The notes under the pieces were generated by a model that made no database searches, was not told the origin of the DNA, and worked only from the letters and a program-made list of their open reading frames with translations. Positions 25,022 through 38,300 of a stretch of DNA of 64,000 bases are shown piece after piece (position 1 is the first letter of the stretch; each line of letters begins with the position of its first letter). The stretch comes from Macrostomum lignano (taxonomy: Eukaryota), in NCBI GenBank assembly GCA_002269645.1, contig NIVC01002705.1:84490-148489 (forward strand). Direction: 5' to 3'. The position numbers and the translations under genes were made by a program.

Positions 25022-25242
25022 ACTATGGAAACAAGATCTTAAACTTGTCATTTTATCTTAATTGGACTTGGACTTAAACACGCTCGCAATTCTTGTACAT
25101 GAAATTTCACTGTTGCGATCCGAAATATCGAATTTATGACAGTTTGCTTCTATTTGCAAATATCCGGCTCGTAATGCTGCACCCTGCATAGCAGCCTCTG
25201 TTCTTTCTAATCTTTTTAGGAATCAATACTCAATATAGTGCA

Positions 25243-25585
25243 CAGAAGTGAAAAGAGTGACAGAAGTGAAAAGAGTGGCAGAAGTGAAAAGAGTGACAGA
25301 AGTGAAAAGAGTGACAGAAGTGAAAAGAGTGACAGAAGTGAAAAGAGTGGCAGAAGTGAAAAGAGTGACAGAAGTGAAAAGAGTGACAGAAGTGAAAAGA
25401 GTGACACAAGTGAAGAGTGGAAGAAGTGAAAGGAGTGAAAAGAGTGATAAGAGTGACACAAGTAAAGAGTGGAAGAAGTGAAAAGAGTGACAGAAGTGAT
25501 AAGAGTGACACAAGTGAAGAGTGGAAGAAGTGAAAGGAGTGAAAAGAGTGACAGAAGTGAAGAGTGAAAGGAGTGAAAGAGTGAT
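25243..25585. repeat. 18-bp purine-rich minisatellite (AGAAGTGAAAAGAGTGAC)n
   Basis: Read directly. Confidence 0.93.
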
Positions 25586-26471
25586 TTGCAATCTACAGCA
25601 GGAATTACAGAAAGGAAGAGATGCTCGTAAGAAGTGAAAAGAGCTGTGCCAGTAGGTAATGAAGATTATGAAATTCGTTAAAGGCCAAGGCTCCATCCCT
25701 GCCAGAAAAAGCTGACTGTTTGGCCTCATCAATTTCTTTCTAGGCAGGCAAGGGTAATATTTTCTGGCGAAGGAAAAAATGCGAATTTTCTTTCATTTTT
25801 TGCCAGAGTCTTCTCCAGGAAATTCTCTCGTTTCTTCTCCATCTCCCTGATTTTCCTATTTCGTGAGCAGTCTGCATCAGGACCCGGGCGTTCCCAACCT
25901 CAGCTTCCCCAACCAATTAGTGAAATTCAATTCCTCGTCTTTGGAAGACAATTATCTGTATTTGTCGGGATTTCTCCCGGTAGTGACGAGTCTGCGACAC
26001 TTTTAGATTCGCCATCGTAAATTCTGACCTCAATTCCGAGAGCCAAAAAACTTTTTAGCGAATCTCTGCTCTAATAAAGGGCTTTCTGCCACTTTTGTCA
26101 GCTCAACATTCATATTTATTTCTTTAGCATTATCATTCTTTCGATGCTCAGAGCCGTCTCCTAGAAGCAGAAACTCTAGAAGCATGCATGAATGAATGTT
26201 GCCCCCCCGATGGGATGGAAAATTTCAAACTCGGGACTGACAGAATTCAATTTCGAATCTGTCCATCTGCCTGATTTGCCTGCAGAGAAGGCGATGAATA
26301 ATCCGCAATATCCCCTTACCAAAAATGGTAACTGAAAAATCTTCGGCTAAAAAGTACTTCTACAATTTTTGTTAGAGCACGCACATCGATATGCTCGCAA
26401 AAAAACTTTTTTTTAAACATTAAACGGCAGTTTGACGATTTTAAATTTATTAGGGTAGTAACTACTAAAGT

Positions 26472-27142
26472 AGCTGTCAGTGTGGCGCTGATGCAGTTGT
26501 CGGTGTGGCGCTGATGCAGCTGTCAGTGTGGCGCTGATGCAGCTGTCAGTGTGGCGCTGATGCAGTTGTCAGTGTGGCGCTGATGCAGCTGTCAGTGTGG
26601 CGCTGATGCAGCTGTCAGTGTGGCGCTGATGCAGTTGTCAGTGTGGCGCTGATGCAGCTGTCAGTGTGGCGCTGATGCAGCTGTCAGTGTGGCGCTGATG
26701 CAGTTGTCAGTGTGGCGCTGATGCAGTTGTCAGTGTGGCGCCAAAGTGGCTGTCAGTGTGGCGCAAAAGCGGCTGTCAGTGTGGCACCAAAGCGGCTGTC
26801 AGTGTGGCGCTGATGCAGCTGTCAGTGTGGCGCTGATGTAGCTGTCAGTGTGGCGCTGATGTAGCTGTCAGTGTGGCGCTGATGCAGTTGTCAGTGTGAC
26901 GCCAAAGCAGCTGTCAGTGTGGCGCTGATGTAGCTGTCAGTGTGGCGCCAAAGCAGCTGTCAGTGTGGCGCTGATGTAGCTGTCAGTGTGGCGCTGATGT
27001 AGTTGTCAGTGTGACGCTGATGTAGCTGTCAGTGTGGCGCCAAAGCAGCTGTCAGTGTGGCGCTGATGCAGTTGTCAGTGTGGCGCTGATGTAGCTGTCA
27101 GTGTAGCGCTGATGTAGCTGTCAGTGTGGCGCCAAAGCAGCT
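26472..27142. repeat. 23-bp minisatellite (GCTGTCAGTGTGGCGCTGATGCA)n
   Basis: Read directly. Confidence 0.95.
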
Positions 27143-27746
27143 CCAGACGAGCGTACAACAGCACTGAAATTGAGAAAAACTGCAGCTGTTACTGTCCAGC
27201 TAAAAATTCGCAGCTTTAGTTGCTATGCGGGCGGCTACTTAGCGGTCGAGCTAAGCCAAGAATTTCTAATTCAAGCTTTTGAAAGTTCAGCCTACAGCCT
27301 CTCTTCTGCTTCGGTCTCTGACAGTTGCTTTGATGAAGCACCGTAGAGGCAGAGGCCGGCAGAGACGCCAGCCAAGTTTCAATTTACACGCAGCGGATTT
27401 GGCTGAGAGAAAAAGTTCCAGCTGAGTCCAGTTGGGCACTAGTGGGAAATCCTGCTCAAGGCTGTCTGTCTGTCCGGTGGCAACTTCTTTCATTAGCGAA
27501 AGAAGACTAAGTGCTCGGCAGGAAAGGGCCTCGGCTTCTATTTGTAATCGGGGTTGGGGCGCAAGGCTTAAAGAGTCGAGAGCTGATGGTCATTTCTGAA
27601 GAAGTTGCTAACTACGAGTGCCTCTACGCTGCAATAAAATGTCTTGAGAAGTTCTGAAGTGTCTCTAATGCTGCTGACTGGTTTCGAAATTTATTTTTGA
27701 CAAGTTTGAGCTCTGGCTTGTAATGGCTTGTGTGCGAGTGCTAGGG

Positions 27747-29017
27747 TGGGAGTGTTACAGTGTAGGGTGGGAGAGTTACAGTGTAGGGTGGGAGAGTTAC
27801 AGTGTAGAGTGGGAGTGTTACAGTGTAGGGTGGGAGAGTTACAGTGTAGAGTGGGAGTGTTACAGTGTAGAGTGGGAGTGTTACAGTGTAGGGTGGGAGA
27901 GTTACAGTGTAGGGTGGGAGTGTTACAGTGCAGGGTGGGAGAGTTACAGTGTAGGGTGGGAGTGTTACAGTGGAGGGTGGGAGTGTTACAGTGGAGGGTG
28001 GGAGTGTTACAGTTAAGGGTGGGAGTGTTACAGTGGAGGGTGGGAGTGTTACAGTGTAGGGTGGGAGTGTTACAGTGTAGAGTGGGAGTGTTACAGTGTA
28101 GAGTGGGAGTGTTACAGTGTAGAGTGGGAGTGTTACAGTGTAGAGTGGGAGTGTTACAGTGTAGAGTGGGAGTGTTACAGTGTAGGGTGGGAGTGTTACA
28201 GTGCAGGGTGGGAGAGTTACAGTGTAGAGTGGGAGTGTTACAGTGTAGGGTGGGAGAGTTACAGTGCAGGGTGGGAGAGTTACAGTGTAGGGTGGGAGAG
28301 TTACAGTGTAGGGTGGGAGTGTTACAGTGCAGGGTGGGAGAGTTACAGTGTAGAGTGGGAGTGTTACAGTGTAGGGTGGGAGAGTTACAGTGCAGGGTGG
28401 GAGAGTTACAGTGTAGGGTGGGAGAGTTACAGTGTAGAGTGGGAGTGTTACAGTGCAGGGTGGGAGAGTTACAGTGTAGAGTGGGAGTGTTACAGTGTAG
28501 GGTGGGAGAGTTACAGTGTAGGGTGGGAGTGTTACAGTGCAGGGTGGGAGAGTTACAGTGTAGGGTGGGAGTGTTACAGTGGAGGGTGGGAGTGTTACAG
28601 TGGAGGGTGGGAGTGTTACAGTGTAGAGTGGGAGTGTTACAGTGGAGGGTGGGAGTGTTACAGTGTAGGGTGGGAGTGTTACAGTGTAGAGTGGGAGTGT
28701 TACAGTGTAGAGTGGGAGTGTTACAGTGTAGAGTGGGAGTGTTACAGTGTAGAGTGGGAGTGTTACAGTGTAGAGTGGGAGTGTTACAGTGTAGGGTGGG
28801 AGTGTTACAGTGTAGGGTGGGAGTGTTACAGTGTAGAGTGGGAGTGTTACAGTGGAGGGTGGGAGTGTTACAGTGTAGGGTGGGAGTGTTACAGTGTAGA
28901 GTGGGAGCGTTACAGTGGAGGGTGGGAGTGTTACAGTGTAGGGTGGGGAGTGTTACAGTGTAGAGTGGGAGTGTTACAGTGTAGGGTGGGAGTGTTACAG
29001 TGTAGGGTGGGAGTGTT
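27747..29017. repeat. 21-bp minisatellite (GGGTGGGAGTGTTACAGTGTA)n
   Basis: About 60 units read directly. Confidence 0.97.
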
Positions 29018-29759
29018 AGCAAACCCAAGTTCGAATAGAATAAGCTACAGAAGAAGAGAAATAGTGCAGAGTAAAATTTCCTTGACTGTGCAAGCAGAAT
29101 CAGTAGAAAGAACTGTTAGCAACATTAAAATATTGTCTAGCAAAAAATATTTCATGCGATTATTGCCTTGCGTGTCGGTGAGATTTCAGCGGAATCCGAG
29201 CAGAAGAATGGCGAGGCTGGTACTGGACTGACCCGGGAGCGAAGCGGGAAAGCAAGAGTCAGAAGCAGCAGATTATGTCCCACACCGAGCACGCAGGTTT
29301 GTTGGCAGATAGGGATAATTAAATTAAGCATAATGAGCAAGAATTTAATGACAGGAATGGGTCACGCATGGGGGATCGGGTGCTAAAGCAGTGGCCTCAA
29401 CTAGCACTGCATGCCTTCTGCTTTGATGTTACTCTTGGGGGCTTTTTTGGGCAGGCAAAAAACGCTGCCTCAGAAAAGCAGAACTCGCTGAAGCAGAAGA
29501 TCGAACCGCTGATACTTGTATGCGACGAACAGGATTAAGTCTTACGCGAGGAATTTTTTTTACTTTTTATTTTACGTACATGTAGACTCGGAGGATGAGA
29601 CCTAGAGAAACTGTCATACCGTTGTTTTTTGCTACAAATTTGTATTTTACTTGGACGATAAGGCGATAAGAAGACAGAGATGGGCTGGAAGGGAGTATAG
29701 AGGAGAGGGTGGCGGGGAGTTAGTTGGCAGAGGGAATGTAAGGGACCGAGAGGAGAGGG

Positions 29760-30232
29760 AGATAGGGAGATGGTTGGCGGAGAGGGACTGCAAAGGACAG
29801 AGAGGAGGGAGGTGGTTGGCGGAGAGGGACAGAGAGAGGAGGGAGATGGTTGGCGGAGAGGGACTGCAAGGGACAGAGGAGGGAGGTGGTTGGCGGAGAG
29901 GGACAGAGAGAGGAGGGAGGTGGTTGGCGGAGAGGGACTGCAAGGGACAGAGGAGGGAGGTGGTTGGCGGAGAGGGACTGCAAGGGACAGAGGAGGGAGG
30001 TGGTTGGCGGAGAGGGACTGCAAGGGACAGAGGAGGGAGGTGGTTGGCGGAGAGGGACTGCAAGGGACAGAGGAGGGAGGTGGTTGGCGGAGAGGGACTG
30101 CAAGGGACAGAGAGAGGAGGGAGATGGTTGGCGGAGAGGGACTGCAAGGGACAGAGAGAGGAGGGAGGTGGTTGGCGGAGAGGGACTGCAAGGGACAGAG
30201 AGAGGAAGGTGGTTGGCGGAGAGGGACTGCAA
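29760..30232. repeat. 40-bp GA-rich minisatellite
   Basis: Unit GGAGGGAGGTGGTTGGCGGAGAGGGACTGCAAGGGACAGA. Confidence 0.93.
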
Positions 30233-30716
30233 TTCTATCTTTTGTCTACTAAGTTGATGGTCCTTCGCATTATAAACGCAAGAAGAACTACAAATGAAAG
30301 AGAGGGAATGCTTCTTAAAGAATTTATTGCTGCTAAATTCAATTTGTTTCTAAACCACATCTCATTTGCATCTTTGAAGCTGAGACTCTTAAATTTGTAC
30401 TGGCAGCTCCGGCACCGAAAGGTCAATACTCGTATCGCACCAGCACTCGGCATGAAGCCACTTTGGTTCACTTTATACTCTAACAGCCTTGCACTCCATT
30501 GCCGGCTTTGAGACCCTGTGGCCGCCCAATCAGCTGCGACCGCTGCAAATGAAAGCTGGCAGTTGGGGCTGATGGAATCTGCCTATTTTATAGGGAAGTC
30601 TCGTGCATTGAAATTGAATAGTTAGAAGGCAGGGATATGCGGGGGCAGGGATGATATATGCGAGTCAGGACAGGCCCGGGAAAAGGTCAGGACAGGCATT
30701 GATCACCTTCCCTCCC

Positions 30717-31033
30717 ACACTGTAACTCTCTGTCACTGTAACACTCCCACCCTACACTGTAACACTGCCACCCTACACTGTAACACTCCCACCCTACACT
30801 GTAACACTGCCACCCTACACTGTAACACTCCCACCCTACACTGTAACACTGCCATCCTACACTGTAACACTCCCACCCTACACTGTAACACTGCCACCCT
30901 CCACTGTAACACTCCCACCATTCACTGTAACACTTCCACCCTTAACTGTAACACTTCCACCCTACACTGTAACACTCCCACCCTCCACTGTAACACTGCC
31001 ACCCTACACTGTAACACTTCCACCCTACACTGT
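30717..31033. repeat. Inverted copy of the 21-bp array at 27747-29017
   Basis: Unit CACTGTAACACTCCCACCCTA is the exact reverse complement. Confidence 0.95.
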
Positions 31034-31069
31034 GTAACAGTCAAATCAGGATAGGCACAGGGCAGGGTC

Positions 31070-31325
31070 AGGACAGGCACAGGGCAGGGTCAGGACAGGC
31101 ACAGGGCAGGGTCAGGACAGGCACAGGGCAGGGTCAGGACAGGCACAGGGCAGGGTCAGGACAGGCACAGGGCAGGGTCAGGACAGGCACAGGGCAGGGT
31201 CAGGACAGGCACAGGGCAGGGTCAGGACAGGCACAGGGCAGGGTCAGGACAGGCACAGGGCAGGGTTAGGACAGGCACAGGGCCGGGTCAGGACAGGCAC
31301 AGGGCAGGGTCAGGACAGGCACAGG
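31070..31325. repeat. 22-bp minisatellite (GGCACAGGGCAGGGTCAGGACA)n
   Basis: Read directly; related partial units at about 30665-30700. Confidence 0.95.
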
Positions 31326-32035
31326 TCCCGTCAGTCAGCAGTAGGTGACAGCAGAGACGAAGCTGCAGATGCAAAGTACGCCACACCCAAATTCAGAAAT
31401 ACTAAAAGAATGAGCCACATAGCCAAATTTCTGAATCACACACCTGCCACACACAACGATGAGCATAATATTTTGAAGCATGCAATGTGCAGTTCTATTT
31501 GAATAAATATCATTAAAATCTGGGATCACAAGTGGAATACAAAGGTGCACACGCCAAAGGAGGCACGGCCACTCACGGTACAATAGGAATTGAGAAGAAA
31601 ATGCTTTTTCAAAAACAGAGGAATAGCGAGAACAATTAAAAGAAGACAATTTACAACAAAAAAAGCAAATAAAGACAAATATCAGTAATTAAAAATTCTA
31701 ATTCTTAAATTAAAAAACGGCACAGATCGTTGTCCCACCGTGCTACTCACTGAAACAAAAATATAGTAGTAGTTACCGCATTTTAGAAGTACTAAAACAG
31801 CTTTAACTTGACAACAAAACAGAGATTAAACAAGCATAATAAGACGAATTTATTTACCCACAATAAGCATAATTTAGCGGTACAATAATACAATAATTTA
31901 AGCATAATTATTAAACTGCCCACAACAGTGAAGCAGGAAAGCAAAAGTCATGGAAACAAAACAGAAAAAAGTAAATGAAAAAAATTGTTTCAATTTTGAC
32001 TGGAGAAGAAAATTTGTAAACGTAAAGCAGATTTG

Positions 32036-32330
32036 TTAATCCCACACCCTCGGCCTGAGTTGGAGCTCAATCCCACACCCTCAGCCTGAGTTGGAGCTCA
32101 ACCCCACACCCTCAGCCTGAGTTGGAGATCAATCCCACACCCTCAGCCTGAGTTGGAGTTCAATCCCACACCCTCAGCTTGAGTTGGAGTTCAATCCCAC
32201 ACCCTCAGCCTGAGTTGGAGTTCAATCCCACACCCTCAGCTTGAGTTGGAGCTCAACCCCACACCCTCAGCCTGAGTTGGAGATCAATCCCACACCCTCA
32301 GCTTGAGTTGGAGCTCAATCCCACACCTTC
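32036..32330. repeat. 31-bp minisatellite starting right after the PICK1 stop codon (3' UTR)
   Basis: Unit AATCCCACACCCTCAGCCTGAGTTGGAGCTC. Confidence 0.93.
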
Positions 32331-32332
32331 AG

Positions 32333-35300
32333 TCAGCCCAGCTTCAGCAGCGGTTCATCTCCGCCAGGTGACTCGCTGCTGTTGGCGACCGCAGACACCG
32401 CGGCAGAGGCGGCGGGGGCGGCGGCAGCGGCGGGAGCGGCGGCGTCCCACGCGGCGAACGGCGCCTGAGGCGAGTCGCGGAACTCCCTGACGCCGGACCG
32501 GGGCTCGTCAGCGTCGTCCTCATCGTCCTCGTCCTCGTGCAGCGGAGTGGTGCTCTCATATTGGAAGCTGTTCTTGTTCAGGTCCATCTCGATTGGGAAG
32601 ATTCTGCAGCCCTTCATCACTTCGCAGCAGTCATTGTGGTACTTGCTCATGGCCTGGACCAGGCACTGCAACTGGGACACCGTGTCCTGCACTGCATGGG
32701 CGAGGTGACGGCTATTGCGCGATGAACTGTAGATGTACTTTTAATAGTGAGACTTGATAATTTGATAGATTTGATAATTAATGAGAGAGATTGCAAATTT
32801 GATATTGGATGGATGAGATTCGATAGTGGGTGGGTGAGATTTCATATTGGGTGGGTGAGATTTAATATTGGGTGGGTGAGATTTAATATTGGGTGGGTGA
32901 GATTTAATATTGGGTGGGTGAGATTTAATATTGGGTGGGTGAGATTTAATATTGGGTGGGTGAGATTTCATATTGGGTGTATGAGATTTAATATTGGGTG
33001 GGTGAGATTTAATATTGGGTGGGTGAGATTTAATATTGGGTGGGTGAGATTTCATATTGGGTGTATGAGATTTAATATTGGGTGGGTGAGATTTAATATT
33101 GGGTGGGTGAGATTTCATATTGGGTGTATGAGATTTAATATTGGGTGGGTGAGATTTAATATTGGGTGGGTGAGATTTAATATTGGGTGGGTGAGATTTC
33201 ATATTGGGTGGGTGAGATTTAATATTGGGTGGGTGAGATTTAATATTGGGTGGGTGAGATTTAATATTGGGTGGGTGAGATTTAATATTGGGTGGGTGAG
33301 ATTTAATATTGGGTGGGTGAAATTTGATATTGGGTGTATGAGATTTAATATTGGGTGGGTGAGATTTAATATTGGGTGGGTGAGATTTAATATTGGGTGG
33401 GTGAGATTTAATATTGGGTGGGTGAGATTTCATATTGGGTGGGTGAGGTTTAATATTGGGTGGGTGAGATTTCATATTGGGTGGGTGAGATTTAATATTG
33501 GGTGGGTGAGATTTAATATTGGGTGGGTGAGATTTAATATTGGGTGGGTGAGATTTAATATTGGGTGGGTGAAATTTAATATTGGGTGGGTGAGGTTTAA
33601 TATTGGGTGGGTGAGATTTAATATTGGGTGGGTGAAATTTGATATTGGGTGTATGAGATTTAATATTGGGTGGGTGAGATTTAATATTGGGTGGGTGAGA
33701 TTTAATATTGGGTGGGTGAGATTTAATATTGGGTGGGTGAAATTTGATATTGGGTGGGTGAGATTTAATATTGGGTGGGTGAAATTTGATATTGGGTGTA
33801 TGAGATTTAATATTGGGTGGGTGAGATTTCATATTGGGTGGGTGAGATTTAATATTGGGTGGGTGAGATTTAATATTGGGTGGGTGAAATTTGATATTGG
33901 GTGTATGAGATTTAATATTGGGTGGGTGAGATTTAATATTAGGTGGGTGAGATTTAATATTGGGTGGGTGAGATTTAATATTGGGTGGGTGAGATTTAAT
34001 ATTGGGTGGGTGAGATTTGATATTGGGTGGGTGAGATTTCATATTGGGTGGGTGAGATTTAATATTGGGTGGGTGAGATTTGATACTGGGTGGGTGAGAT
34101 TTGATATCGGATGATGAGATTTGATATTGGGTGTATGTGATTTAATATTGGGTGGGTGAGATTTCATATTCGGTGGGTGAGATTTCATATTGGGTGGGTG
34201 AGATTGAAAATCAGTAAGTGAGATTTGTACTGGGTGTATGAGATTTGATATTGGGTGGGTGAGATTTGATATCGGATGATGAGATTTGATATTGGGGGGT
34301 GAGATTTGATCGAAATTAAAGAAGTCAGAATTGGAAGTCGCCGCTCACCGTGCTTGTTGTCCAGCAGCTCGATCTTCACCAGCACATCATTGCGCATCTT
34401 GGCAAACCGGCTTCTGGCTTCCTGACGGCAGCGGAGGATCAGCCTGAGCAGGGAATACAGTGGGATGTGGGATCTTAGTAAGTACAATAGCTATTCCGAG
34501 ACTCATAACAGCCTCACCTATTCTCATAACAGCCTCACCTGTACTCATAACAGCCTCACCTGTACTCACAACAGCCTCACCTGTACTCACAACAGCCTCA
34601 CCTGTACTCATAACAGCCTCACCTGTACTCATAATTCCCGGTCTCCACCCGATAAAGCGGCTCCTGAAGCGCGGCAAAGCTGTACTCTTCATCATCCATT
34701 TCTTTCACTTTGAGACAGTAGGACTGCAATTTTGAGGTGTGAAGTTTTCAAACATCAAATTCCGTATCATTATTAGTTGCATCGAAACAAATACTCGAAC
34801 AAACAACTCACCAAATATTCGAATTTGCAATCCAGATATTTCTTTACAGTCAGTCGAGTGTCGGGCACCACTTTAGTCAGGAATGTGTTCATATCGCTGA
34901 TCATCTGTTGCGAGAATTGGAGGGATTTGAAGAGGATCCATAAGATTGGGATTTGAGTAGTTAGACTAGGATTTGAGTAATGAGATTTGGGATTTGAGTA
35001 ATGAGATTAGGATTTGAGTAATGAGATTTGGGATTTGAGTAATGAGATTTGGGATTTGAGTAATGAGATTTGGGATTTGAGTAGTTAGACTAGGATTTGA
35101 GTAATGAGATTAGGGATTTGAGTAATGAGATTAGGATTTGAGTAATGAGATTTAGGATTTGAGTAATGAGATTTGGGATTTGAGTAGTTAGACTAGGATT
35201 TGAGCAATGAGATTAGGATTTGAGTAATGAGATTTAGGATTTGAGTAATGAGATTTGGGATTTGAGTAATGAGATTTGGGATTTGAGTAATGAGATTTGG

Positions 35301-38300
35301 GATTTGAGTAATGAGATTTGGGATTTGAGCAATGAGATTTGGGATTTGAGTAATGAGATTTGGGATTTGAGAAATGAGATTTGGGATTTGAGTAATGAGA
35401 TTTCGGATTCAAGTAATGATATTGGCATATAAGTTCTAAATAAGCCATCATAATAGGAGCCTCCAATCGCTTAAAAAACATACTCCCAGCCATACAGGAA
35501 TGCGGGCCTCACAAAACTGGTACTAAATAATAATGACTGACGCGGGAATTACCGGTAAGTTGGCCAAAGACAAACTGAGTTTTATTTCTACAGCAAACAA
35601 TCTGGCAGGGAAGAGGCGTTAGCTTAGTTTATAAAAACCCCGGTTTGCCTGTTCTGCAAACAAAAATGTTCTGTGGATCCAGAAAGATATAGCAGCAGCA
35701 GCACCCACCGGCTTCACAGTCTTCAAGCACTCGATGGCCGCCTGCTCCATCCTGCGGTGAGTCCCGCCAAACTGGGTGAACGCCTCCGAGGCCCTCGGCT
35801 GCGGCTCCTTCACCCCGACCTCAGACAGAATCTCGCCGAACACCCGCTGCACCTGGCTGAGCCGATAAAAAGCCTTAATTAAGGACTTAGTCTGGTTCAT
35901 CAGGCCGAAGAACATCCCGGCTGTCCGGTTCATCTCGTCCAGCTTCTTCAGTAGGCCGTCTGGAGCAGGGATTTGGGAAACTTAGAATAGTTAAGACTGG
36001 CTTTCAATAATAGTATTCATATTCATATTTTACCAGAGACCGGCACAACACGAGACAATTATTGATGGCAGGATTATAGCTAAATGAATTCGATATCTAT
36101 TTAAAACAACTGCAACCCGAATCTACGATATTTCATATGCTATTTCATAAAATGGTAATGTCACCAACCTCGAAATGTCATAAGCTGGAAATCTCATAGA
36201 ACGGAAATCTCACTAGATGGAAATCCCACTAGATGGAAATCCCAGTAGATGGAAATCTCACTAGCTGGAAATCCCACTAGATGGAAATCTCACAAGCTGG
36301 AAATCTCACTAGATGGAAATCTCAGTAGATGGAAATCTCACTAGCTGGAAATCCCACTAGATGGAAATCTCACAAGCTGGAAATCTCACAAGCTGGAAAT
36401 CCCACTAGATGGAAATCTCACAATTTGGAAATCTCACAAGCTGGAATTCTCATAGAATGGAAATCTCACTAGATAGAAATCTCACAAGCTGGAAATCTCA
36501 CAAGCTGGAAATCCCACTAGATGGAAATCTCACAATCTGGAAATCTCACAAGCTGGAATTCTCATAGAATGGAAATCTCACTAGATAGAAATCTCACAAG
36601 CTGGAAATCTCACAAGCTGGAAATCTCACAAGCTGGAAATCCCACTAGATGGAAATATCACAATCTGGAAATCTCACAAGCTGGAATTCTCATAGAATGG
36701 AAATCTCACTAGATAGAAATCTCACAAGCTGGAAATCTCACAAGCTGGAAATCCCACTAGATGGAAATCTCACAATCTGGAAATCTCACAAGCTGGAATT
36801 CTCATAGAATGGAAATCTCACTAGATAGAAATCTCACAAGCTGAAAATCTCACAAGCTGGAAATCCCAATAGATGGAAATCTCACAATCTGGAAATCTCA
36901 CAAGCTGGAATTCTCATAGAATGGAAATCTCACTAGATAGAAATCTCACAAGCTGGAAATCTCACAAGCTGGAAATCCCACTAGATGGAAATCTCACAAT
37001 CTGGAAATCTCACAAGCTGGAATTCTCATAGAATGGAAATCTCACTAGATAGAAATCTCACAAGCTGGAAATCTCACAAGCTGGAAATCTCACAAGCTGG
37101 AAATCCCACTAGATGGAAATCTCACAATCTGGAAATCTCACAAGCTGGAATTCTCATAGAATGGAAATCTCACTAGATAGAAATCTCACAAGCTGGAAAT
37201 CTCACAAGCTGGAAATCCCACTAGATGGAAATCTCACAATCTGGAAATCTCACAAGCTGGAATTCTCATAGAATGGAAATCTCACTAGATAGAAATCTCA
37301 CAAGCTGGAAATCTCACTAGCTGGAAATCCCACTAGATGGAAATCTCACAAGCTGGAAATCTCACAAGCTAAAAATCTGTATACTGCAGCTAACACCCAT
37401 GTATTGTTATATAGAAATGTAGTGAAATTTCTGCAATTTTGTTAGTCATTTGTTGTCTATCTAAACCAAATGATTAGGTTTCATTATTTGAACGAATTTC
37501 ATATCCGGTTGTAAAAGTCACAATCTGATTGTGTTGCTGAGATGCCAAGCGTCAAAGGGTTAGTGAAGCCATGGCTTAAAGGGAGGCTCAAAGATGGAAA
37601 TCTCACAAGCTGGAAATCTCACAAGATGGAAACCTCACTAGATGGAAATCTCACAAGACGGAAATATCACAAGCTGGAAATCTCAAACTCAAAATCTCAT
37701 AAACGGGAAATCTTATAGACTGAAAATCTCACAAATTGGAAATCGTACAAGCAGGAAATCTCATGAGCTGGAAATCTCATTAGAAATTTCACAAGCTGGA
37801 AATCGTACAAGCAGGAAATCTCATGAGCTGGAAATCTCATTAGAAATTTCACAAGCTGGAAATCTCACAAACTGAAAATCTCAAAAGTAGGAAATCTCAT
37901 AAATGGGAAATCTCATAAACGGGAAATCTCATAAACGGGAAATCTCAAAAACTGGAAACCTGAAGACCTCATGCCGAAACCACAATCAAAACAACATCAT
38001 AATTATTTAGCAAAATCCACAACAACAAAGGAAAATAACACAGAGAAGACCAGACTGCCTTCGTGAACCAAACTCTCATTGCAGTCCGATATTTTCCAGG
38101 ACCACGGCGTGGTTGGCGCTTATTCTACTCGTAGTAGAAGGGGGCATCGATTGCGCTAAATTAAAATTTACGAGCTGCAGTCAGAACAGCGTGGACCATG
38201 GGGGCGTCTGTCAGCGGGCGATTGACGGAATCACCGACAGCACATTCAGCCGAGGCAGCTGCACCCACACCCAGAGGAGAACTTTCGGGGGCTGGTGGAC

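Noticed and set aside
27747-31033. A bona fide foldback transposon
   Set aside because: No matching outer termini or TSD; kept only as an inverted-array observation
29020-31650. Short unique ORFs (29168, 30235, 31335) as exons of a hidden gene
   Set aside because: No motifs, weak codon bias and no consistent splice chain
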